Source of the DNA: an uncultured Pseudomonadota bacterium
GTDB taxonomy: Bacteria > Pseudomonadota > Alphaproteobacteria > Acetobacterales > Acetobacteraceae
Direction: 5' to 3'
NCBI GenBank assembly: GCA_963822705.1
Contig: CAWGIX010000006.1
Coordinates: forward strand, 109,567-173,566
Length of the DNA: 64,000 nt
Below the pieces are notes generated by a model, which was given only the letters and a program-made list of their open reading frames with translations, was not told the origin of the DNA and did no database searches. The position numbers were made by a program, and so were the translations under genes. This document shows, piece after piece, positions 10,879 through 18,678 of the stretch (its first letter is position 1; every line of letters begins with the position of its first letter).

Positions 10879-11874
10879 CTATAGACCGGGTTGCAGAACG
10901 CGCGACATCGCCCTGCGCCGGCGGCGCCGTTCGCTCTGGATGATGGTCAGACCGCTCGCCACGATGATGCTGGCACCCACCAGCGTCCAGGCATCGGGCA
11001 CCGCGCCAAAAGCCAGAAACCCGAGGCAAGACGACCAGATGAGCTGTCCATACGACAACGGTGCGAGCACCGAGGCGGCAGCGTGACGGTAGGCCAGTAT
11101 GGCCAGAAATTGCCCGCATGAAGCCGCCACGCCCAGCAGGATCGCCACTCCGAGCTGGCCCGGCGCGACCGGCGCCCCCACCAATGGCATCATCAGGGTC
11201 AACACCACCAGACCGGTCAGCGCCGTCCACAGCAGCGTGGCGGTCGGCCGTTCCGTGCCCGCGCTGCGGCGAGTCAGGATCATGCTGACCGCCCAACTCG
11301 CCGAGGAGAGGACCACCAGAAGCGCCGCGGGATGAAAGCCCCCGACGCCCGGGCGGACGACGATCAGCACGCCCAGAAAACCGGCGAGCACGGAAATCCA
11401 GGTCGCTCGCCGTACGACCTCTCCCAGGAGCGGGACCGCGAGCACGGTGATGAACAGCGGCGAGGCAAAGCTCAGCGTCGATGCCTCGGCCAGCGGCAGG
11501 TGACCGAGGGCCATGATAAAGAATACGGCGGAGGTGACGATCCCGAGACCGCGCAGCGCCTGCAATCCCGGCCGACGCGTGCGCGCGATGGCGCGTCCGC
11601 CCCGCATTGCCGGCATGAGCGCAATCAGCGTGAACACGATGTAGCGGATCCAGGCGATCTCGATCGCGGGCACGCTGGCGACGAGATACTTGGCCATCGC
11701 GTCGGACAGCGAAAAGCACACCGTCGCCGCGACCATCAGCGCAATCCCGCGCAACGGGTTTTCGATCACCGCAGCCCCCAGCCCGCCGGCACTTCGATGC
11801 ACCCATTCAGTCGAATGCTCGATCACGGGAACGTGATCGGGTGTAGCTGGGCCGGGTCCCTCGGGCGTCATCAA
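10879..11874 (-). CDS. DMT-superfamily (EamA-like) transporter
   Basis: 331-aa ORF with about 10 hydrophobic segments and 'FSLSDAMAKYL' EamA-type motifs. ATG at 11871 directly follows the TTG at 11874. Confidence 0.85.
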   Translation of the reverse strand: MMTPEGPGPATPDHVPVIEHSTEWVHRSAGGLGAAVIENPLRGIALMVAATVCFSLSDAMAKYLVASVPAIEIAWIRYIVFTLIALMPAMRGGRAIARTRRPGLQALRGLGIVTSAVFFIMALGHLPLAEASTLSFASPLFITVLAVPLLGEVVRRATWISVLAGFLGVLIVVRPGVGGFHPAALLVVLSSASWAVSMILTRRSAGTERPTATLLWTALTGLVVLTLMMPLVGAPVAPGQLGVAILLGVAASCGQFLAILAYRHAAASVLAPLSYGQLIWSSCLGFLAFGAVPDAWTLVGASIIVASGLTIIQSERRRRRRAMSRVLQPGL

Positions 11875-11928
11875 TGCACTGGCGGCAGGTTGACCGCAGC
11901 GCTAGCCTCACTTCGACCTCGGATGCGT

Positions 11929-11946
11929 TTCTGATCGAGTTCAGAA
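11929..11946. promoter_or_regulatory. Palindrome TTCTGA-N6-TCAGAA in the DMT/hhyS divergent intergenic region (candidate operator)
   Basis: Perfect 6+6 inverted repeat read directly from the sequence, about 50 nt upstream of the hhyS start region. Confidence 0.3.
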
Positions 11947-11973
11947 CAATGCTTGCACCTATGGTCCAAATAA

Positions 11974-13062
11974 ATGAGGCCGAAGGAGGGCGATCCTGTG
12001 GCTGATGAATCGACCATTGCGCCGTATGGGCGCAAGACCCAGCACACTCCGAAAATCGCGGAGGTGCACATTCTCTGGATCACGGCCGGACTAAGCTGCG
12101 ACGGCGACACCGTCTCGATCACCGCCGCCAGCGAGCCCAGCATCGAGGACGTGCTGCTCGGCGCCATTCCCGGTCTGCCGAAAGTGCATCTGCACAACCC
12201 GGTGCTGGCCTATGAGGTCGGCGACGAGTTCATGCAGGCGTTCCATCGCGCCGCGCGCGGCGAGCTGGAGAATTTCGTGCTCGTGCTGGAGGGGTCGATC
12301 CCGAACGAGAAACTGAGCGGCGAGGGATATTGGGCGGCGCTCGGTTCCGATCCGCAGACCGGCGAGCCGATCACCACCAATGAGTGGATCGACCGCCTCG
12401 CGCCCAAAGCATTGGCGGTGGTCGGCGCCGGCACTTGCGCCACCTACGGCGGCATTCACGCCATGATGGGCAATCCGACCGGGTGCATGGGGCTGGGCGA
12501 TTATCTCGGCCAGGACTGGAAATCCAAGATCGGCCTGCCGATCGTGAACGTGCCCGGCTGCCCGGTGCAGCCGGACAATTTCATGGAGACGCTGCTGTAT
12601 CTGCTGCGCCAGCTCGCCGGCCTGGCGCCGATGATTCCGCTCGACAGCCAAAAGCGCCCGAAATGGCTGTTCAGCAACACGGTCCATAACGGCTGCGACC
12701 GCGCCGCCTATTACGAGCAGGCCGACTTCGCCAAGGAATACGGCTCGGAAAAATGCCTGGTGAAGATCGGCTGCTGGGGCCCGGTCGTGCAGTGCAACGT
12801 GCCCAAGCGCGGGTGGATTTCGGGACTGGGCGGCTGCCCCAATGTCGGCGGCATCTGCATCGGCTGCACCATGCCGGGTTTTCCCGACAAGTTCCAGCCG
12901 TTCATGGACGAGCCTCCCGGCGCGGTGTTCTCCAGCGGGTTCATCAGGCCGTACGGCGCCATCATCCGCAACCTGCGCAAGATCACCAACCACACCCTGA
13001 ACAAGGAACCCAAGTGGCGGCATAACCAACCGGTGCTGACAACCGGCTACCGGCCGCAATAG
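11974..13062 (+). CDS. hhyS: [NiFe]-hydrogenase small subunit, group 1h (Hhy) type, no Tat signal
   Basis: 'WITAGLSCDGDT', 'GTCATYGGI', 'VPGCPVQPDN', 'CIGCTMPGFPD' Fe-S motifs. No RRxF twin-arginine motif. GTG at 11998 lies 7 nt after AAGGAGGG and may be the true start. Confidence 0.93.
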   Translation: MRPKEGDPVADESTIAPYGRKTQHTPKIAEVHILWITAGLSCDGDTVSITAASEPSIEDVLLGAIPGLPKVHLHNPVLAYEVGDEFMQAFHRAARGELENFVLVLEGSIPNEKLSGEGYWAALGSDPQTGEPITTNEWIDRLAPKALAVVGAGTCATYGGIHAMMGNPTGCMGLGDYLGQDWKSKIGLPIVNVPGCPVQPDNFMETLLYLLRQLAGLAPMIPLDSQKRPKWLFSNTVHNGCDRAAYYEQADFAKEYGSEKCLVKIGCWGPVVQCNVPKRGWISGLGGCPNVGGICIGCTMPGFPDKFQPFMDEPPGAVFSSGFIRPYGAIIRNLRKITNHTLNKEPKWRHNQPVLTTGYRPQ

Positions 13063-13097
13063 GCGCGCGAAAAACCGCCCGAGGGAGGGCACAAAAC

Positions 13098-14930
13098 ATG
13101 GCCGACATTCCCCGCGACATCGACGCCCGGGCGGGCACGGCCGCCCAGCAGACGCCCGGCAACCTGGTCGAGATGAACTGGGACCCGATCACCCGCATCG
13201 TCGGCAATCTCGGCATCTACACGAAGATCGACTTCCAGAACCGCAAGGTCGCCGAGTGTCACAGCACGTCGTCGATCTTTCGCGGCTACAGCATTTTCAT
13301 GCAGGGCAAGGACCCGCGCGACGCACACTTCATCACCAGCCGCATCTGCGGCATCTGCGGCGACAACCATGCGACCTGCTCGGTCTATGCGCAGAACATG
13401 GCCTATGGCGTAAAACCGCCGGCGATCGCCGAGTGGATCGTCAATCTCGGCGAGGCCGCCGAGTACATGTTCGACCACAACATCTTTCAGGACAACCTGG
13501 TCGGCGTCGATTTCTGCGAGCAGATGGTCAAGGAGACCAACCCGAGCCTGTGGGCGAAGGCTGAAAAGACCCGGGCGCCGCATTCGGAGGCGCATGGCTA
13601 TCGCATGATCGGCGACATCATGCGCGCGCTGAACCCGTTCTCCGGCGAGTTTTATCGCGAAACGCTGGTGGTCAGCCGCTACACGCGCGAAATGTTCAGC
13701 CTGATGGAGGGGCGCCACGTGCATCCGTCCACGCTGTATCCGGGCGGGGTCGGCACGGTTCCGTCGGTGCAGCTGTTCACCGAGTACATGACGCGGCTGC
13801 TGAAATACGTCGAGTTCATGAAGCGCTGCGTGCCGCTGCATGACGACCTGTTCGACTTCTTCTACGAAGCAATGCCGGGCTACGAGGAAGTCGGCAAGCG
13901 GCGCATCCTGCTTGGCTGCTGGGGTTCCTACCAGGACCCGGAGGTGTGCGACTACGACTACCGCACCATGACGAAATGGGGGCGGAGCATGTTCGTGACC
14001 CCGGGCGTGGTCATCGACGGCGAACTCGTCACCACCGATTTGGTCGACATCAACCTGCAGATCCGCATCCTGCTCGGGCATTCGTATTACCAAGGCTGGG
14101 AGAATCGCGAGACCTTCGTCAAGCAGGACCCGCTCGGCAACCCGGTCGACCAGAACCATCCGTGGAACCAGACCACGGTGCCGCGCCCGCAGAAGCGCGA
14201 TTTTGGCGGCAACTACTCGTGGGTCATGTCGCCGCGCTGGCTGGACAAGCGCACCGGCGATCATCTGGCGCTGGACACCGGCGGCGGCGCCATCGCTCGC
14301 CTCTGGGCCACGGCGCTCGCCGGCCTGGTCGATATCGGCTACATCAAGGCGACCGGCCACAGCGTAAAGATCTACCTGCCGAAGACGGCGCTGAAGCCGG
14401 AGGTGGAGTTCGAGTGGAAGGTGCCGCAATGGAGCAACACCATCGAGCGCGATCGTGCGCGCACCTATTTCCAGGCCTATAGCGCCGCCGCGGCGCTGTA
14501 TTTCCTGGAGAAGGCGTTTGCCGAAGTGCAGGCTGGCAATACAAAAACCTGGACCGATTTCAAGGTGCCCGACGAGGCGATCGGCTGCGGCTTCCATGAG
14601 GCGGTGCGCGGCGTGCTGTCGCACCACCTGGTGATCCGCGACGGCAAGATCGCCAACTACCACCCGTATCCGCCGACGCCGTGGAATGCGAGTCCGCGCG
14701 ACATCTACGGCACGCCCGGCCCGTACGAGGACGCGGTCCAGGGCCTGCCCATCTTCGAGGAGAACGGGCCGGAAAACTTCAAGGGCATCGACATCATGCG
14801 CACGGTGCGCAGTTTCGATCCGTGCCTGCCATGCGGCGTCCACATGTTCCTCGGCAAGGGCAAGACGCTGGAGACGATGCACTCGCCGATGTTCGGCGTG
14901 GGCAGGCACGCGGACCATGACCACGGCTGA
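13098..14930 (+). CDS. hhyL: [NiFe]-hydrogenase large subunit, group 1h (Hhy) type
   Basis: 610 aa. N-terminal ligand motif 'TSRICGICGDNH', C-terminal 'SFDPCLPCGVHM' plus a 27-aa tail. GGGAGGG lies upstream of the ATG. Confidence 0.96.
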   Translation: MADIPRDIDARAGTAAQQTPGNLVEMNWDPITRIVGNLGIYTKIDFQNRKVAECHSTSSIFRGYSIFMQGKDPRDAHFITSRICGICGDNHATCSVYAQNMAYGVKPPAIAEWIVNLGEAAEYMFDHNIFQDNLVGVDFCEQMVKETNPSLWAKAEKTRAPHSEAHGYRMIGDIMRALNPFSGEFYRETLVVSRYTREMFSLMEGRHVHPSTLYPGGVGTVPSVQLFTEYMTRLLKYVEFMKRCVPLHDDLFDFFYEAMPGYEEVGKRRILLGCWGSYQDPEVCDYDYRTMTKWGRSMFVTPGVVIDGELVTTDLVDINLQIRILLGHSYYQGWENRETFVKQDPLGNPVDQNHPWNQTTVPRPQKRDFGGNYSWVMSPRWLDKRTGDHLALDTGGGAIARLWATALAGLVDIGYIKATGHSVKIYLPKTALKPEVEFEWKVPQWSNTIERDRARTYFQAYSAAAALYFLEKAFAEVQAGNTKTWTDFKVPDEAIGCGFHEAVRGVLSHHLVIRDGKIANYHPYPPTPWNASPRDIYGTPGPYEDAVQGLPIFEENGPENFKGIDIMRTVRSFDPCLPCGVHMFLGKGKTLETMHSPMFGVGRHADHDHG

Positions 14931-15471
14931 CGGTACCGCCGACGCGGACGACGTCGCGGAGTCGCTGCGCCGGCTGGAGTTGCTGATCGCGGCGCTGGAT
15001 GCGCTGCCCGACGCGCGCGCAAAAGAACCGGCGCGGGCGTTGCTGGAACTGGTGCTCGACCTGCACGGTCTGGCACTGGCCCGTGTCGCCGCCATCGCGA
15101 CACGGCACGGCGGACCGGAGCTGCTCGGCAAGCTTGCTGAGGACGAAACGATTCGGGCCATGCTGCTGCTGCACGGCCTGCATCCGGAGGAGGCGCCGGT
15201 GCGCATCGTCAAGGCGCTGGCGACGCTGCCGGTGCCGGTGGAATTGGTTCATGCCGATGCTTCCCGCGCGCGGTTAAGGGTGTGCCTGAGCCGGCATGCC
15301 GACCCGGCAGGGTTGCGCGCGACCATCGAGGCTGTGGTCGTGGAAGCCGCGCCGGAACTCGACGAAATTATCATTGACGGGCTGGACGCGGCCGACGCGG
15401 ACGGTTTTGCCGCCCTGACCGGGATGCCGCCGCCGATCGGCGAGCCGGCGGAACCGACGTGGTTGTCCTAG
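14917..15471 (+). CDS. Hydrogenase-associated conserved protein (NifU-C-terminal-like; function unknown)
   Basis: ATG 14917 'MTTADGTADADD..' overlaps the hhyL end by 14 nt. 184 aa, helical N-terminal half, single Cys. Confidence 0.7.
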   Translation: MTTADGTADADDVAESLRRLELLIAALDALPDARAKEPARALLELVLDLHGLALARVAAIATRHGGPELLGKLAEDETIRAMLLLHGLHPEEAPVRIVKALATLPVPVELVHADASRARLRVCLSRHADPAGLRATIEAVVVEAAPELDEIIIDGLDAADADGFAALTGMPPPIGEPAEPTWLS

Positions 15472-16082
15472 CGCCATCGCAGAACTGGGTCCGGCGCGTT
15501 CGCCGCTTCGTGGCACCGCCGCCGCCGGTCGAGCGCTGCGAATTCTGTGGCGGCGCGATCCCGCCTGCGCACCCGCACCTGATCGAGATTGCCGCGCGCC
15601 GCCTGCTGTGCGCGTGCCCGGATTGCGCCGCCAGCCAAGTGCGCGCGGACGGCGGACTTCGTCGCGTGCCGGACCAGGTTCATGCGCTGCCTGACTTGGA
15701 ACTGTCGGACGCGGAGTGGGACGCGCTGCAGATTCCGATCGGCCTGGCATTCCTGTTTCGCAGCACGCCGCTCGACCGCGCGGTGGCGCTGTATCCGGGT
15801 CCGGCCGGCGCCACCGAATCCCTGCTTTCGCTCGACGGCTGGTCGCATCTTGTTGCGCGCAATCCGGTGCTCGGCGGCATCGCGCCGGACGTGGAGGCGC
15901 TGCTGGTCAACCGCACCGGCGATCGCGGCGAATATTTCCTGGTGCCGATCGACCGGTGCTTTGCGCTGGTCGGCCTGATTTGCCAGCACTGGCGCGGCTT
16001 GTCGGGCGGCACCGAGGCGTGGCGTGCCATCGAGCAGTTTTTCGGGTCGTTGCGCCAGGGTGCGATCCCCGCCCATGGTTGA
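15459..16082 (+). CDS. Hydrogenase-associated conserved protein (DUF5947-like), Cys-rich N-terminus
   Basis: GTG 15459 overlaps the upstream stop. 'CEFCGG...LLCACPDC' (CxxC...CxCxxC). 207 aa. Confidence 0.75.
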   Translation: MVVLAPSQNWVRRVRRFVAPPPPVERCEFCGGAIPPAHPHLIEIAARRLLCACPDCAASQVRADGGLRRVPDQVHALPDLELSDAEWDALQIPIGLAFLFRSTPLDRAVALYPGPAGATESLLSLDGWSHLVARNPVLGGIAPDVEALLVNRTGDRGEYFLVPIDRCFALVGLICQHWRGLSGGTEAWRAIEQFFGSLRQGAIPAHG

Positions 16083-16743
16083 CCTTGACTTCGCCGTCGA
16101 GGGCGCGTCGGTCGCCCGCTACGTCGTGGCACCGCAGCTTGCTTTTGCGTTGCGTGTCGTCAACCGCACCCCGGAGATTCCGGTGCGCAACGTCATGCTT
16201 CGTTGCCAGATCCGCATCGAGCCGACGCGCCGTGCCTACGCGCCGGCCGAAAAGCAGCGGCTCGGGGAACTGTTCGGCACGCCGGAGCGCTGGGGCGACA
16301 CGCTGCGCGGCTTTTTGTGGACCCACACCGACGCGCTGATTGCCGGGTTCGACGGCGGTTGCGTGGTCGAACTGCCGGTACCGTGCAGCTACGATTTCAA
16401 TATTGCTGCCACCAAATACTTTCATGGCCTGGAGAATGGGGAGGTGCCGCTCACGCTGCTGTTCAGCGGCTCGGTATTCTACGAGGATGAAGACGCAGGA
16501 TTGCAGATCGGCCAGATCGCCTGGTCCAAGGAGGCGAGCTATCGTCTGCCCGTCACACTCTGGCACGACATGATGCGCGTCTACTACCCGAACGCGCTGT
16601 GGCTAAGCCTCGACCGCGACGTGTTCGAGCGGTTGTACGCCTACAAGCGCGACCGCGGCCATCCTACCTGGGAGCGGGCGCTACAGGCGCTGCTGGACGC
16701 AGACAAGCTACGGGAAAGAATGCCGGCCGAGGCCGCGTCATGA
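16075..16743 (+). CDS. Hydrogenase-associated conserved protein (DUF6084-like)
   Basis: ATG 16075 'MVDLDFAVEGA..' overlaps the upstream stop at 16080-16082. 222 aa. Confidence 0.75.
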   Translation: MVDLDFAVEGASVARYVVAPQLAFALRVVNRTPEIPVRNVMLRCQIRIEPTRRAYAPAEKQRLGELFGTPERWGDTLRGFLWTHTDALIAGFDGGCVVELPVPCSYDFNIAATKYFHGLENGEVPLTLLFSGSVFYEDEDAGLQIGQIAWSKEASYRLPVTLWHDMMRVYYPNALWLSLDRDVFERLYAYKRDRGHPTWERALQALLDADKLRERMPAEAAS

Positions 16744-18050
16744 ATCTCGATCGCGTCTCCGCCATTGTCGCGGCCGTGCTCTATGAGGGTTACATCCTCT
16801 ATCCGTACCGTCCGTCCTCCATAAAGAACCGCCAGCGCTGGACCTTTGGCGGCGTGTTCCCGCGCGACCATGCCGAATGCGGCGGCAGCGATCCCTGTTT
16901 CGTGCAGACGCAATGCCTGCTGCGGGACACACAGGCGACCACGGTCGAAGTCCGCGTCCGCTTCCTGCATATCGTCACGCGCGAGATCGGAGAATTGCCG
17001 GCACCGCTCGTCGAGCTCCCGTCCGATCGCGAACCAGCCTTTACCTCCGTGCCGTCGCTTCAAGCCGGCGGCAAAGACTTTTTGGCCTGGGAGGAAGCGG
17101 CCGAACGTGAAGTTGTCGCACCGCCCTGCTTCGTTCACGACCTTCTGGTGGCACCGCTGGAAATTCCGTTTGCGTTTTTGGGCGACCGCCAGTTCGAGCC
17201 CATCCGCAACGGAGAAAGCATCGTCGGGGTCGTCGTTCGCAGCACCGCCTCGGTCCAGGGCACGCTGACGATGCGGGCCGAACGGGTTGGCCCCGCTGCC
17301 GTGCGGCTTATGGTCCGGGTCAAGAACGATACCAAGCTGGCGGCAAAAGACCGGGAAAGCCGCGATCTGGCCCAGCGCTGCGCTTTTGCCTCCACCCACA
17401 CGATTCTCGGCGTCACGCACGGCGCTTTCGTCTCGCTGATGGACCCGCCGGAGGATCTGCGAGCCGCGGCCGAGGCCTGCGAGAACCAGGGCACGTGGCC
17501 CGTGCTGGTCGGCGCGGAAGGCGATACCGACCTGATGCTTTCGTCGCCGATCATCCTGTACGACTACCCCCAGATCGCACCCGAAAGCCCCGGCGACCTG
17601 TTCGACGGCACCGAGATCGACGAAATTCTGACCTTGCGCATCCTCACACTTACGGATGCGGAAAAACGCGAAGTGGCTTCCGCCGATGCGCGCGCGCGCG
17701 CGCTGCTGATGCGCACCGAGCGCCTCACGCCCGCCGAACTCGCCCGTCTGCACGGCACCATGCGCCCAGTCGCCGCCCCTGCGCGCGCCGGCAGCGGCGG
17801 GAATCTTCGCGTCGGCGACCGCGTCCGGCTGCGCCCCAAGAAGAAGGGCGCCGACATCATGGACGTCGTGCTCAGGGACAAGCTCGCCATCGTCGAGGCG
17901 ATCGAGCATGATTTCGAGGACCGCGTACATGTCGCGGTCACCATCGCCGACGACCCCGGCCGGGATTTCGGCATGGATCGCATGCCCGGCCACCGGTTTT
18001 TCTTCGGCCCCGATGAACTTGAAAAACTGCCGGAGGGGGCGGTGGCATGA
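16740..18050 (+). CDS. Hydrogenase-associated conserved hypothetical protein (436 aa)
   Basis: ATG 16740 'MNLDRVSAIVAAVLYEGYILYPYRPSS..' has an ATGA overlap with the upstream stop. Its own stop overlaps the protease ATG (ATGA at 18047). Confidence 0.75.
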   Translation: MNLDRVSAIVAAVLYEGYILYPYRPSSIKNRQRWTFGGVFPRDHAECGGSDPCFVQTQCLLRDTQATTVEVRVRFLHIVTREIGELPAPLVELPSDREPAFTSVPSLQAGGKDFLAWEEAAEREVVAPPCFVHDLLVAPLEIPFAFLGDRQFEPIRNGESIVGVVVRSTASVQGTLTMRAERVGPAAVRLMVRVKNDTKLAAKDRESRDLAQRCAFASTHTILGVTHGAFVSLMDPPEDLRAAAEACENQGTWPVLVGAEGDTDLMLSSPIILYDYPQIAPESPGDLFDGTEIDEILTLRILTLTDAEKREVASADARARALLMRTERLTPAELARLHGTMRPVAAPARAGSGGNLRVGDRVRLRPKKKGADIMDVVLRDKLAIVEAIEHDFEDRVHVAVTIADDPGRDFGMDRMPGHRFFFGPDELEKLPEGAVA

Positions 18051-18565
18051 CCCCGATCCTTGTTGCCGGCATCGGCAATATCTTTTGCGGCGACGACGCC
18101 TTTGGCGTGGAGGTGGTGCAACAATTCGCGCGGCGGGCGGTGCCGGAGGGTGTGCGCGTCATGGACGCCGGCATCCGCGGTCTGCATCTCGCCTACGCGC
18201 TGCTCGACGGCTATCGGGCGGCGATTCTCGTTGACACCGCGCAGCGCGGCGGGCCTCCCGGCACGTTATACGTCATCGAGCCGGAAACGGACGATACGAC
18301 ACCGGCGGAACCGCCGGTCTCCGCCCACAGTCTCGATCCGGCCAGGGTACTGGATCTCGTGCGCAGTTTTGGCGAGAGCTGCCCGCGCATCCGGGTTTTG
18401 GCGTGCGAGCCGCTCACGTTCGGGGGCGAGGAGGGCGCCATGGGTCTCAGCGCCCCCGTTGCCGCCGCCGTCGGCCCGGCCCTGGCGATGCTGGACAGCC
18501 TGATCGGCGACTTGCTGCACGACGAAACGATTGCTGCGGATCAACACGAAAGGAGTCTGACGTGA
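18047..18565 (+). CDS. Hydrogenase maturation endopeptidase (HyaD/HupD/HoxM family)
   Basis: 'ILVAGIGNIFCGDDAFGVEV', 'ILVDT' and 'SAHSLDP' protease motifs. 172 aa. Confidence 0.9.
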   Translation: MTPILVAGIGNIFCGDDAFGVEVVQQFARRAVPEGVRVMDAGIRGLHLAYALLDGYRAAILVDTAQRGGPPGTLYVIEPETDDTTPAEPPVSAHSLDPARVLDLVRSFGESCPRIRVLACEPLTFGGEEGAMGLSAPVAAAVGPALAMLDSLIGDLLHDETIAADQHERSLT

Positions 18566-18666
18566 AGTTAAATCTTTGGGGCGGCATCTTGGGACTGCTT
18601 TTCATCGCGCTGGTCGCGGTCAACGCGAAAGATGTGTATCGGTACCTCCGTATCAGTGCAATGTAA
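18562..18666 (+). CDS. 34-aa single-TM peptide (DUF6893-like) downstream of the endopeptidase
   Basis: GTG 18562 overlaps the protease stop (GTGA). AGGAG sits 7 nt upstream. Sequence 'VKLNLWGGILGLLFIALVAVNAKDVYRYLRISAM'. Confidence 0.5.
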   Translation: MKLNLWGGILGLLFIALVAVNAKDVYRYLRISAM

Positions 18667-18678
18667 GAACATGCGCCC

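Noticed and set aside
11950-11975. A sigma-54 or sigma-70 promoter at 'GCTTGCACCTATGGTCCAAATAAAT' upstream of hhyS.
   Set aside because: The spacing between the TTGCAC-like and ATAAAT-like elements is only about 11 nt. There is no GG-N10-GC arrangement either. I cannot support a promoter call by eye.
13047-15212. Very long antisense or overlapping ORFs (for example 13047..15212 -, 90..1640 +, 44092..45804 +, 48406..50190 +, 57751..59268 +, 59404..61350 -, 2049..3419 -).
   Set aside because: Each one mirrors a gene with clear family motifs on the other strand or frame. Their products are Arg/Ala/Gly/Pro-rich with no motifs. This is the usual shadow-ORF effect of high-GC DNA.
14917-18050. A Rieske-type (CxH...CxxH) iron-sulfur protein of the HhyE/HucE kind in the hydrogenase locus.
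   Set aside because: I scanned the four accessory ORFs and found no such motif. The absence is reported in the finding rather than annotating any ORF as HhyE.
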